This document shows, piece by piece, positions 37,871-50,618 of a stretch of DNA of 64,000 bases. Both the position numbers and the translations under genes were made by a program. Within the stretch, counting starts at the first letter, position 1. The number at the start of each line of letters is the position of its first letter. The notes below the pieces were generated by a model. That model was not told where the DNA came from. It saw only the letters and a program-made list of their open reading frames with translations, and searched no databases. The DNA is from Ginglymostoma cirratum (taxonomy: Eukaryota), in contig JAHRHZ010000043.1 of the NCBI GenBank assembly GCA_024137785.1, positions 25,838,026 to 25,902,025 of the forward strand. The letters are read 5' to 3'.

Positions 37871-38969
37871 CATCTGCAAGGAACAGCAAAAATTAGGCAA
37901 ATGATTATTTTAAGAGTGAATTTACAATAAAACCAAATGAATCAATAACAATAAACTGCTGCCCAATCATAAACGCAATGTTCTTCACATTTCCCACTTT
38001 ATCTATTAAGCACTCCAATGGAATGATATTTGTTACGCTGAGGTGGGAGGTTAGTGTCTGCACAGCCCAGTAGCAGAGTTTGCCTTCTGGAGTTCTAAGG
38101 AGGAATTAATATTTTGAAGTTTAACTTCATTTCCTTTCAGGTCTGTATATTCATAAAGCTCCCTCAGATTGTCAAGCATTTCAATGGCGACCACAATGTG
38201 TGTTCTGTATTCGAGCTATTCAAAAAAAGTTACATAGAAGTGTGTAGAAGTTACTGCAGGAGTTGTTCAGCCCTGTCTGTGTCATCCTCCACATGGACCA
38301 TAGTGCTCATCTCATACGGTCACGGTATTCTCATGTTCCTTTAGCTAGTTCTACCTCATCACTCAGCTATTCTTAAAATTTGGTACAACCTTTGCATCAG
38401 TCAGTCACTAACTTCATTTGTACATTTCACAGTCTCAAAACCATCTGCTAGAAGAATGATTCTCCTGCTGAATGACCTAATATTTTTACACCTCGTTTTA
38501 TTTATTAAATGGCGGCCTAGACTCTATGACAGAGTACTGTGCACATAAGCCACATCAGAGGATTAAATGTATTGGGTTAGAAAGTACCTGGACTGTGGGA
38601 GGAATCTAAATGGGTGAGTTATTGTATGCATGGACGAGAGATGACTAAATGGATGTGTTAGCATAGGCATGGATTGTGGAAGAAATTAAACGGGTGGGCA
38701 CGCTACATGATAACAGCTCAACATAAAATAATTATTCCAATACCAAAATGACTTAAGCATCCCTGTTTAAACATTTTAAAAAATCAGTTTACAATCTCCT
38801 TCTCAGTGGTGGGCCAGCACATCATCTCAATCCTTCAGGACAGGCAACTGAGACACAACTTGTCCCTCAATCTATATTCAGCAATCCCTGAAGAATTAGC
38901 CTTGCTGTGGCCACCCACAGCTTAAGGAACAGCAGTCTGAGAGGAAATGGGTCACCACCAGTCATCAGC

Positions 38970-41215
38970 TTTTTGTGACTGGAAGTCGGGGTCCAGTGGG
39001 CACTGCAGGGTTTGGTACTGGGTCCCTTGTTGATTGTAGGGAGGCAGGCAGACAAGAAAGCCCCAGACTACAGCCCACTCAAGAACAGATTTTGTGTTAT
39101 AAAATGGTGAGCTATTGGTAGAGCAGTGCAGCCAGAGTACACAAGGCAGCAGGAGAAAGACAAAGTGATAGGATACTCAATAGTGAGGACCAGAGACAGG
39201 TGTTTCCATGGCTGTAGACATAACTCCAGGAATGAGTTAGGGAGAGTCCAATGGTGTCACTGAGCTGCTGCAAGACATTCCTCGGGGAGAAGGCAAACAA
39301 TCAGAGATCATGGTTTACACTAGGCCCAACAATGCACGTAGAAAGAGGGATGAAGTCCTACAACAAGAATTTGGGGAGCTAGGTAGCAGATTGAAAGCAT
39401 TATAATCTTTGGGTTGCTCCCAGTGCCATTTGTTAGTGAGTAAAGAAATGGGTAAATAGACCAGATAAACATGGGGCTGAAGAGTTTGTGCAGGAGGGAG
39501 GGCTTGAGATTCCTGGATCACTGGGACCATTTCTGGGGAAGGTGGGATCCGTACAAGTCAGAGATTGTACCTGAAGCAGAACGGGACCAACCTCCTTCAA
39601 CAAAGGGAGCAATGACTTTGCTGGGCGAGTACTACAGACCAATACACAGAAAAGGAGAGATAGGAAGCATTTGCTTGTGTATTCACAGTGGACAGGGATG
39701 ATGTAGGTCTAGAAATCAGGAAGGAAGACTGTGATATATTTGAACAAATTAGTATCGCGGTGTTGAGGTATCAGTGATTTTAGCAGACTACGAAGTGCAT
39801 AAAACTCAGGCCCAAATGAGTTGAATCCAAAGCTACTATGGAAAGCAAGGAAAGAGATTGCAGAGGCTCTAAAGTTAGTTTTCAAATCCTCTCTGGCCAT
39901 AGGAGACATGCCAGAGGACTGGAGGACAGTGAATATGGTGCCATTATTCAAGAAGAGTCATAGGGTAAACCAGGAAACCCCAGGCCAGTGAGTCTAATAT
40001 GGCAGGGAAACTGTTGGAAAAAAAAATGAGGGACAGAATAATTTCTACTTGGAGAGGCAAGGATTAATCACAGATAGGCAGCATGGTTTAATTGAATTTT
40101 ATTGATTTTTTTTTAAGGAGGAAACTGGGAGTGCAGATGAGGGTAATGCAGTTGATTTGTCTACATGGATATCAATAAGGCTTTTGACAAAGGTCTCGTA
40201 CAGGAGACAGGTCACAAAGTGAGACCCGATGGGATTCAAGGTAAATAGGATCCAAAATTGGCATAGGGGCAGTTGGTGGGGATGATAGTTAAAGGTTGCT
40301 TTTTGCGACTGGAAGCCTATGTCCAATGGGTGCTCGGTCCCTTGTTGATTGCCGTATACATGAACTTTCCTACATTCATGTTTAGACCATTAATCAGTAA
40401 GTTTGCAATCAACAAAAAAGAAAATTGGCAGTGTGGTAAATATTGGGGAGGAAAGCCTTAGACCGCAGGACTGGTCAGGTGGACAGAATGATGGCAAATG
40501 AAATTTGATCTCGAAAAGAGTGAGATAATATATCTTGAGAAGACTAACAGGACAAAGAAATATGCAATGAATGTGGAACCCTAGCAAATACAAACGAACA
40601 GAAGGGCCTTGGTGTACATGTCCATAGATTCTTGAAGACAGCAGGACAACTAGATAACATGGCTAAGAAGACATAGGGGATACTGATTTTTATTAGTCGA
40701 GGCACTGAGTACAAGAGCAGGGAGTTATGATGGAGCGGTATGTAAAGATGTTATTTTTTAAAAATGATGCAGAGGAGATCAACCAGAATATTGTCTGGGC
40801 TGAAGCGTTTCAGCTATGAAGAAAGGCTAGATAGGCCGAGTTGTTTTCCTTAGAGCAGAGAAGGCGGAGGGGGTTCTGATGGTGTACAAAATTACGGGGG
40901 TGATAGAAATAAATTTCTCTCCTTCATAAAGGAATCAGTAACCAGGGGCATAGATCAAGGGATGGAGGTTTGGAGGGGATTTCAGGAAATTTTCTTTTCA
41001 CACAGAGAACGTGGGAATTACCTGGAACTCAGAGTGGTAGAGGGAGGAGTCATTGTAACATTTGAATTATTTAGATGAACACATGAAATGCCATAGCATA
41101 GAAGAGTAAGTACTGAAAAGTGGGATTAGAGTAAATAGGTGTTTGATGCCCATTGTGGACATGATGGGCCGAAGGGCCTCTTTATGCGCTGTAAAACTCA
41201 ATGATTCTATGACAG
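38970..41215 (+). mobile_element. Internally deleted CR1 LINE with ORF1 (SGNH-esterase-like) and ORF2 remnants
   Basis: RKRDEVLQQEFGELGSRLK and LKSLCRREGLRFLDHWDHFWGRWD (CR1 ORF1-like); PEDWRTVNMVPLFKK and VDLSTWISIR..FDK (RT); tail gggccgaagggcc...atgattctatga. Confidence 0.8.
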
Positions 41216-42356
41216 TTATCTTTTAGCCTGACACAGTGACAATACTTTATTTCTCTTCTCCCTGTCCCTCTCTCTGGTTCCTCTACATCATTCTTGCCCT
41301 TTTCTCTCCAGTCTCTTCTTTCTCTACATGATGTTGCAAACGAAACAGTGAAGAATCATCAACGTTTTCTGACAAAATCCTGAACTAAGTTTGTGAAGCC
41401 TCTTTCTCAAACTCGCCAGCACAAAAGACTATGGAGATGCTGAATGTCAGAGGAATTTGATTGTTCTTATTATACTACTCCTATGATTCAGTGTTTTCCC
41501 TTCAATAATAAATTCAGACTAAGGCAATTGGCCAGATCAGTGCATGTAATTACTTGCAGCATCGCAGCTTATGTGCCAGTAATCATCACTGCTTTGTGCC
41601 AATTAGTGAGAAACGACAAAAACATCTCTCCGATATACGCCCTCTGGACCGGGCAAGCAATGAGGGATTTGGGTCAAATTAAAACTCACACTATGGGACT
41701 AATTGCAGGGGAAAAGGCACTCACTTTATCAACTTGTAGCCAAATCACCTTCCAGCTCTCTCATGAAAGTGGATAGATTTTGCTGCAGCATTTTGCAAAA
41801 GCACAGTGACAGCCTTTACCTACTCTCGCCAGTAATAATGTGAAGGTAAAACCTAAGGATTTGTCATATACTGCAGCCCCCGAATGATTCAAAGCTTCCT
41901 TACCAATCCTGGACCACAGTTAACCTAATTTATCTCGTGACCTTCTACCATATTCATAGTATTTCCTCATTCAATCCCAAGTTTCAGTTCCAAGTGTCTT
42001 CCAAATTGTTTGCTTACACTCTCAATGTAAAAGAAGTGCCTCGTGATATGCTTTGACATCTGCGCTGTTCAACCGACTTCACTTTTCTGTAGTGAGGTAG
42101 TTCTTTGCCTGATCCCCCAAGTCCTGTTTAAAACTCACCCACAAAATTAAGGTCATTTCCTTCCTCACTGCCCCACCCTCCACCACCACATCATTAAACT
42201 GACCTCCCCAGTCACACACTTTCTCCCAAAACCCTCTGACCTCTTTATCACTCTGCACCTGATTAAACCGATCTACCCATCACTGTCCCACTTCTTTAGA
42301 CCCATCTCCTGCCTCTGAGCCTGACATCCTTTTAGATTCTTATTCACATTTCCTGA

Positions 42357-43727
42357 TGTTATGGAAGCTGGGATTTCTCAAAGTGCCTGATACTTTGAAT
42401 GTTATGACAAATTCATTGTTGCCAATACAATTTCAAGTATAGTCTTGGCACTAGTGAGTTATTTGTGCTTTCTTCTTCTTTCTCCTCCTGTGCCTGGCAA
42501 AATACAGCCCACTCCTTTCACTGCTATGATGTCTCACCTGAAAGATAGAATTTCCAAAAAAAATTAAGTGGCTTTGCAGCTTCAGAGGGTCAAAATTCAT
42601 ACATGGGTAGCACTTAAAGCTAGCCAACATTAGATACAAATCAGCTGGCATATTTTAAAGGTAAGCTGTATTCCACATGTCTTACATGGTGGACGTCAAT
42701 GTGGAAGAGTTTATATGAACAATGAGGCACAGGCTACATAGCAAAGCCCAAGATTCTCCAATACAGCACTGCGGCCTCTTGTGCAAGGGTTAGGTAGGAG
42801 GAGGTAGACATGGTGAATGCAAGCAGCCATCATTGGCAATGACAGCAGAATAGTTCAGAAGGCCTGGATGCTGGGCTACAAAATGTTCAATATCTTCACA
42901 ATGAGGTCACGGAGTAAACACAAGGAATAAATTGTGACTCAATTGGTCTAAAAATAACCTGCTTGAATGGATGTGAGCTAATCTGTACAAAGGAAGCAGT
43001 TACTAGAAGAACACTTTGGACCCTTTTGAGATCACTGACTGGGCGAGACAATTAAGCTAGGTAAATAATCACAGCCTTCTCAGCTATGGAGCTGCTTAGA
43101 CTTGTTTATCGAGCAGTTACATGTTTGCATTTGCTGTCAGGAGTTTTGGGTTTTGAAAACAGATGAGAAAGGCAGTGGAGTGTGGGTTGCTAAGAGAGAA
43201 GCTCATCCTTTCCTATATTTTCAGCTTCCAAAGTGAGCTAAAAACAAATTCACACAGCACTTCCCCTGAAAAGCTTCTGACATAATTCTGCTTGGCAGCT
43301 CAGGCTTCGGAAAAGATTCCGATGACAATTGCACGTGCCTAGTGACACTCATGTATACAGGCTAGGATGCCAGACTGAAAGCTATCTGGAACATTTCATC
43401 TCATTTTTTTCTTCAAAAATTAGCAATTATTTGGCCTTTAAGTTGATCTCTCCAGAGAAAGGTGGGGGTGGCAGTGGTGCGCGTGCGTGCGCACACGTTA
43501 GGTTATTTAGAAGGATTAATCTTTAACATTTCAAACTCTGTTTACCACCTTTGCATCTGTGTTGAATAAATCTTTTTATAATAAATCAATAATCCTGAAA
43601 CAATTAAAAGATAAAATATAAAATTGATCATATTGGTAACAAGACAAAACATTTAAATATATGTTGTGACCAGCAGAGTACATGGCACTAGAGAAAGACA
43701 GTGTACCCTTCCAACATCAGTTTAACA
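42357..43727. mobile_element. Possible solo LTR
   Basis: TGTTA...TAACA termini and internal AATAAA cluster near 43565-43590; no clear TSD, alternative start at 42400. Confidence 0.35.
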
Positions 43728-45558
43728 ATGAGGAACCAATCTTCAGCACTGTATCAATAGTATTCTGGAAGAAGATGTTGATGTTGCAAGCATATGTCGC
43801 AAGATGCCCTGTCAGCATATCTGTGTTCTTGCAGACACCATCAAAACCATGTGCATGAAATTCATATGGAATCTGCCCCTGGATCAGACGCTTGGGAAAC
43901 TGCCAAGCTGAAACCAAGAGCTGGACATTTCCTGAATCACATGTACCCAGAGCCCCCTTGGCACATCCCACAGATCCCTGCTTCAAGCTGACCATTATCA
44001 ACATGCCTGTCACATTGTATCATGTCTAGAAACCCACAGTACATGAATTCCCAAGGAGTCCCATTGGAAAGAAAGATCCCAGTCCAGACTGGATAAATCT
44101 CCTCTTATCTGCAGCCAGATTCTTTAGCTCTGATACCCCAACAACTGATGAAGTGCATCCATGGGGTCCCTCAGCTTCTGATTTCAAACAAACCAACACT
44201 ATTCCCCAAAAACCAAATGTGTCCAATTTGGACTAAATCCCACTTCATTGTTTTACTGATTGGTTGGGATTCATTGTCAGGAAACTGGTTAATCTCAGCT
44301 CAATCCTCCCACAATGAAGTTTTAGTGGGAAAAAAAGGCCGAGTCAGGTCCCTGAGCCTGTGACATTAACCTTTTCCTTTTGGACAGAGTCACTTACTGC
44401 TAGTGGTACTTAGACCCAGGTCATCCTTAGCACTGCATCATTCAACTTCAAACTCTAACCCTGCATGGATTAAACTGTTTACAACATAAATATGAACAGG
44501 AGATTTAGTTATCACACCTCTGTAACTTGAAAGTGATCCTGTACCCCATACAGTCTCACCATGGGTCTAAAAATATCATAATAGAAGGTAGTAATGGGGC
44601 AGGTCAGACCAGAATCTTACCCACTGGTGTCCTCCGTCATTGACCTTGCTAAGATGTGCAGAACCTGTGGATGGACACCTTGTTCTCTTGGGATTGATGG
44701 GGATCCCCAACTTCCTGATTGACTCACACTGTTAAAACTGATTGGAAACTGTCACTTTTGAGTGTTCTGGAAGTTAATAGCACAGACCAAAAAAAGAAGT
44801 TGTGGGGTATTTGGAATTAAAATGAACGTAAATCTTGCACTGAGGGAGGATGAATGAACCCACCAACCCACTCCTTTCATAACCACCTCCACTGTATCTG
44901 AGATACAACATGATCCATTAAACCTCTTTCTACACTTCCCGGAAGAGTTTCCCCTGTTGAAGATGCTAGTCCATCCAACTAATGCTCTTCGACAACCTAA
45001 TTGCACAATTTAATAAAAGCAAAATACCGCAGATGCTGGAAAACTGAAATTAAAAAAAAATTCAATGGGTCTGGCAGCGTCTGGGGAGACAGAACATTTT
45101 GACTCCTTAAAAACCAAAATTATACAATAAATTGGTTTCGTCTGCTATCTAGTGACCATCAACTGAAATTATCTGCTGTATTTCTGTAATTTTAAGCATG
45201 TTAACAGGCCAGCCATGAGTTGTGTTGAAGAAGAAGTAATTTTGTAACAACAGATCCTGTAATGTATAATGTGTTATCAAGGCCACTGATCTGCAGCGAC
45301 TGAACCTTGCAAATTCTGTTTTCATAAGGTTATACTGGGCTTTTATTTGGATTTTTAAGGATCAAATTCTCTGACTGTATAAACCATAAAATGAAAGTCT
45401 TTGTTTGGACTCTATCTTATGTAGTTGACTTTGAGATCTTACCTTAATTAGATTAGAATAGCTGTGTGATGTATGGGATGGGTGAGGGGTTAGGCTCTGG
45501 AATACTAACACAACATACTTTTACTGTGGTAAGATCTTAAAATCTTTTCAGATTTTTT

Positions 45559-45590
45559 CTGAAGAAGGGTCTAGGCCCGAAACGTCAGCC
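45559..45590 (+). ncRNA. Minimal hammerhead ribozyme motif with intact catalytic core
   Basis: CUGAAGA-A-GGGU-CUAG-GCCC-GAAAC-GUC|AG; the helix I 5' strand appears lost. Confidence 0.65.
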
Positions 45591-45651
45591 TTCCTGCTCC
45601 TCTGATGCTGCTTGGCCTGCTGTGTTCATCCAGCTCTACACCTTGTTATCT
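45559..45651 (+). mobile_element. Penelope-like pLTR fragment (second family) between 16 bp direct repeats
   Basis: ctgaagaagggtctaggcccgaaacgtcagccttcctgctcctctgatgctgcttggcctgctgtgttcatccagc; catacttttactgtgg at 45514-45529 and 45652-45667. Confidence 0.75.
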
Positions 45652-46139
45652 CATACTTTTACTGTGGCTAGACTGTGAAGGGTGAATCTATAGGCTGGCT
45701 CCACTGAGGGTAGAGTGAAAGCAGGTTTGATTTGCTCTGATCTCCAGCAGTATTTTGTCAAATTCTGTTGCTGAAACTTTCCACCTCGCTGGCCTCTAAG
45801 TTGCACTTCAAAGCCTTCTGCTCCGGTCTTTACATAATCCACACTAAGCTTCCATTCTGACTTAAGAGGGCAGACAGGATTTCAGTTTAACATCACACCT
45901 GAAAGATGTCACCTCCAACAGTGTAGCTTTCCCCTCTTTGGTGTAGGATCAGCTTATAATTTGCACTCAAAGTCTGGATTTTCACCACAATACAGGGGTG
46001 GAAATGGAAACAGGCAAGTGTGTAGTTTCATACAGCCTGCTACCTTGCTAGTTTGCTGGCAGCATCCGGCCCCTCCAGGTCATTTTCCTGGAGGCAAGAT
46101 TGGTTGTGAAATGACCACCTACTGACAAGCTGGGTGTAA

Positions 46140-46325
46140 CCTTTTAGTGGTAGAAGCTAGTACAATTACAACATGATGGTTACATGAATAGGAAGGGTTT
46201 AGAGCAATATGAGCCGAATGCTGGCAAATGGAACCATATTTGTTTAGGATATCTGGTCAGCATGGACAGGTTAGACCGAAGAGTCTGTTTCCATGTTGTA
46301 CAACTCAATGACTGTATGATACTAA
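46140..46325 (+). mobile_element. HER1-type CR1 3' end
   Basis: atgaataggaagggtttagag...ctggtcagcatggacaggttagaccgaagagtctgtttccatg, collinear with 37735-37870. Confidence 0.75.
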
Positions 46326-47179
46326 GAACATTGAAAGGCCAATTAAAGCCAATGGTTAGAGGCTGAGTTGAATTTCCCATGATCCCACAGGCCCTACAGT
46401 GTTGGAAGCTGGTAGCTGCCTGAAGGCAACCACCTCACCATTGAGTCTTGATGCTTCAGGATGACTTTGAGGCTCCCACACCCATTCAGCTTACTTGGCC
46501 ACTGCTGCAGTCCACCCTGAAAAGGGGTTTCCCACACAGTAAGTGATCTGGAAACTGCAAAGGTATAAAAGTACTGAGAAAGCAAATCAAGGTGGAGGCA
46601 CCCACTCTCACCGGAAAATTTAGCCTGACTTTATGGTACCATTAGAGGAAGCACCCATGAGCAACGACTAATTGCAAATACAGGAGATGGCAGCACTAGG
46701 GGAGGGTGCCACAGTATGGAGCAGTAATGGAGATCACTAGGATATGGTAAAACTAGGGGGTGTAGGAAGGGAGGCAGTGAAGGTGCTGTCAAGGTCTCTC
46801 AGTCTTTGTGTTTCTGTCAGTCTCTCCCTTCCTGCTCAATGTGTTTTCTAAAATAAACAAGAACACATTTTAAAAAGTTTAATTGAGAACCTGGGGATCA
46901 CTTGGGAGCTACACCTGGAACTAAATTGTGCAATATTGTGTCAATTTGTGGAAATTGCCAGACAAAAGTGAGGTAAAAGAATATCAGTTGTGATTCAGTC
47001 TGTCGCCCTCAGCTCTCAGTCAGGAGTGTGTGCAAATTGGCTGTCACACTGAAATGTAGACATCATTGTAACATAAGAAAAGTGTCAGACATGAAACATT
47101 AACTCCGTGTCTCCACAGATGCTTCTCCAGCACTTTCTGTTTTTATTTCAGATTTCCAGCATCCACAGTACTTTGCTTT

Positions 47180-47470
47180 TATTTAAGTACTTTGAAGTGC
47201 AATGTGACAGCCAATTTGCACATAGTAAGCTCCCACAATCAGCAAGATGTGTTTTGATGTTATCTGAGGAATAAATATTGGCCAGAATAGTGCGATTATG
47301 ATCTCTTACAATCACCAAAGACGGTATGTAGGACTTTAATGTGAGGTCTTGGCTTACCTGACAGTGCTGCACTCCCTCTGTAGTATCAGCATATGCTTAA
47401 GTCTCTGGAGTGAGGTTTGAACTCGAGGTGAGAGTGACAAACTGAACCACAACTGATACCGTTTTACCCC
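47180..47470 (-). mobile_element. Deu-domain SINE, decayed
   Basis: aagtactttgaagtg...cagccaatttgcacatag...aataaatattggccag...acagtgctgcactccctc. Confidence 0.6.
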
Positions 47471-47494
47471 ACTTTCCTCTAAGTGACACAACAA

Positions 47495-47809
47495 GGGGCA
47501 GCACGGTGGCTCAGCGGTTAGCACCAGGGACCCAGGTTCAATTCCACCCTCAGGTGACCGTGTCGAGTTTGCACATTCTCCCCACGTATGTGTGGGTTTC
47601 CTCTGGGTGCTGTAATTTCCTTCCACAGTCCAAAGACATGCAGGTTAGGTGGACTGGCCATGGTAAATTGCCCATAGTGCTCAGGGATATGTAGATTAAG
47701 TGGGTTATGGGGGGGGGATGGGTCTGGGTGGGATGAATGGAGAGTTGGTGTGGACTTGTTGGGTTGAAGGGCCTGCTTCCACACTGTAGGAATTTGATGA
47801 TCTATGATT
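47495..47809 (+). mobile_element. HE1 SINE (V-SINE superfamily)
   Basis: tRNA head ggcagcacggtggctcagcggttagcac/ggttcaattcc; V-domain gagtttgcacattctcccc...gtgggtttcctctgggtgc...ccacagtccaaagacatgcaggttagg; HER1-like tail gaagggcctgcttccacactgta...gatctatgatt. Confidence 0.85.
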
Positions 47810-47944
47810 GCTCAATTGTTAGGTCCAGGTATACATTTCAAAGTGTTACCCCAATGTAATTATGGACCTGTACTTGCACTGCAATATCCCAGTACTATCT
47901 GTGGCACTACAGTTTTATTGTGGCATTGTCACAACCTCAGTCAG

Positions 47945-48170
47945 GTGGGGTCAGTTAGCTCAGTTGTCTGGATAGCATAGTTTATAATGCAGAATGATGC
48001 CAACAACATGGGTCAAATTCCCTCACTGGTTGAAGTTACCATTAAGGATTCTCCTTCTCAACCTTTCCCCTCGCCTGAGGTGTGGTGCCCTCAGGTTAAA
48101 TCACCACCAGGCATCTCTCTCTAATAAGAAAGCAGCCCTATGTTTTGGTAAGACAATGGTGACTTCAATT
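47945..48170 (+). mobile_element. tRNA-derived SINE (another family)
   Basis: A-box tagctcagttg and B-box-like gggtcaaattcc followed by a non-tRNA body. Confidence 0.55.
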
Positions 48171-48384
48171 TATCGTGTTCCAGTATGATGCAAGCATATC
48201 CCAGCATTGTCCAGTGCAATATTTCAGGGTACTGGCTTAAATGAACAAGCTTCGGATAACAGGGCCATATGTAGCCTGATTGCATTCTCGGTTGAATCAC
48301 AAACTGAGGTTGCATGAATTAAAATATTTATTGTAGTTTAAAAACTAATTACAGAAAAATCAGCTGCTCACAAAAAAAATCAAG

Positions 48385-48415
48385 AAACACATTTTTAAAT
48401 GTGTACAATTTTATT
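48385..48415 (-). terminator. Candidate polyadenylation site of a minus-strand transcript (possibly distal CTXN1 end)
   Basis: AATAAA on the minus strand at 48410-48415 followed by a TGTGTTTCTTG GU-rich element; adjacent sequence is UTR-like. Confidence 0.4.
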
Positions 48416-50440
48416 TAAGAACTAGAAATACAACACATCATCCATTTCCCATGTGCACACAAACAGGTTTAAAAAATCCTACACCATACAGCATTCACAT
48501 TCACAGAGTGTTACACTGGACAGTTCTAGTCACAAAGGGAACATGATTATCACAAAATCACCTCGTGCCAAACATCATTAAACTGGTAACATTTCAGAAC
48601 AGCATTGAACCTCGCAATGAGTGCAACAATGCACAAAGGCAGGCCGTTTGATCCACTGGCACGATGCCATCTCCCTAGCTTTACACAACAGATTGCATGT
48701 GTAAGTGAGCATGAGAGGTTTTCCTCCCTTAGTTAATTGTTCAAAAATACACATCAACTCTTCTTTTAAAATTCAAACTTCTCAGGGATGTTATTACACA
48801 ACTTTGGAGCAGGTGGGACTTGAACCCAGGTCTCCTGGTTCAGAGGTAGGGACTCTACCATTGCACCATAACAGTCTTTGTCAACACTTTTGTCACATAT
48901 CCATCAAAATCATCCATAGTCCTAACATTTTCAGCATCATTTGTCCTGTGAATACCTCTAAAAATCTGCCTGTTTTCCTTGTAAAAATAACAATTCTTCA
49001 CCTATGACGTACATGTGTGGTGTAATTAATGACCGGGTACTGGGTCAGTACTGTCATGACATCCATACAGTGACTGCCATAAATCAGTCACTTATTATCT
49101 TCCAAAGTTAATCATCCATTGCTTTGATTCACAACAGCATCGTGACGATAATTTAACTGTGCAAAGCTGCTTGCTGCAATTTGAGATGGAACACCACCAA
49201 CCCGTACTGTCAAAATAAATTTGCAAAAATTGTAATTTAAGACTGATCCCTGAGTCTTAAACACAGGTTATTGGGAGTTTACACAGCACCTGATCTGAGT
49301 CTGATCATTGGATGCACGTTCACAGTGGAGGTCTGTCTTCAAGTCCAGCCGGCTGCAGGATCATGTAATAACACCTCTGAACAGGTTGATTGGGAAAAAT
49401 ATCTACACTCAGAATGGTCTTAGACTGCAGGTACACTGCAGCTATTCTGAAGCTGATCAGATGCCAGTACTGCCTCTAACTTGCTTGCTGTGGATTGTGT
49501 GGTCCCTTTAACATTGATGGCTAAAGGAACATTATTTTGCTCTGTGTAGCCACACACACACAGCTTACAGGGAACAGTGGTAGCCACTGTGTCTGTTCTG
49601 AGACTGCTGGCTGGGTCACCACCTCATACGGCTGCTCTTCATTCTGACTGATCCTATGCAGAGTTTCACATGATTTAGAATATCATGTTAATTGGAAACT
49701 TTTACTTGCTGATGTTGCTACACAGAAGTCAGATGAAAAACTGTGCACCAAGGTTAAAGAGGACACCAGGCATAACAACAGATGGTAAATTTGAGTTTTG
49801 GGGGCTTACAGACTAGGATTAAGCAAAGACTGAGGAGGAAGCGTTCCACAGTTTGAAGCTCTGAGGACGAATGCGATGGAGCATGAGGCTTTATGAGAAG
49901 TATTGATTTCAATGCAGTGAGAAGGGAGCAAGAGCACGTGAATAAATATTAGCAGGGTTAAGAAAAAAAGTTCACGGCTCATCCAGGACCCGTAGATGGG
50001 ATCTGCCCCTCTTTAATAAAACATTGTTTTATCTTAGCATTTCAGTAACATAACATTGACAATTTTAAAATGATATGGCTGCAAAGTGGTCTTTTGTACA
50101 GGCACCACCTTCTCAAAGGACAGCCAATAACGGCTAGCCCTCATCCACATCCCACAAGTCAGTGAAAAAAAATCAACCACTTGTTTCAAGATGGTTCAAA
50201 TTCCAGGGCACATACTGTTAGTTTTTCTTAACATTTAGTGAAATGAGAGGACATATGAATTTTGTGCCGGTTTAATTGGAAAGATCTCCAAATAATCCAA
50301 AACAAAAATCACAATTGTTTCCAACACAGCAAAAACCTTGGAGACTCCTAGACCTCAAAAAGAAAACAGATATTAATCCCATTCCTGTGCCGTCTTTTAC
50401 AAAAAGTCTTGACCTGGTTAGAAGGACCATCATGAAATAT

Positions 50441-50618
50441 AAAAACTGAAAGAACTGCAGATGCTGGAAATCAAAGACAAAAACAGTAATTGTTGGAAAA
50501 GCTCAGCAGATCTGGCAGCATCTGTGGAGAGAAATCAGTGTTAACATTTCGGGTTGAGTGACCTTCCTCAGAACTGATCTGAGGAACTGATGCTGCCAGA
50601 CCTGCTGAGCTCTTCCAC
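50441..50618. mobile_element. Penelope-like terminus with inverted partial copy and 10 bp direct repeat
   Basis: Same family as 2276; 50589-50618 inverts 50493-50522; catgaaatat at 50431-50440 and 50619-50628. Confidence 0.75.

Noticed and set aside
32400-48300. SLC12 pseudogene remnant between fibrillin and cortexin
   Set aside because: No recognisable transporter peptide in the ORF track or by eye; a sensitive tblastn would be needed to exclude it fully
48795-48872. tRNA-like sequence on the minus strand (similar copy at ~55060-55126)
   Set aside because: Has A/B-box-like motifs but I could not build a full cloverleaf; the two diverged copies fit SINE heads better than tRNA genes
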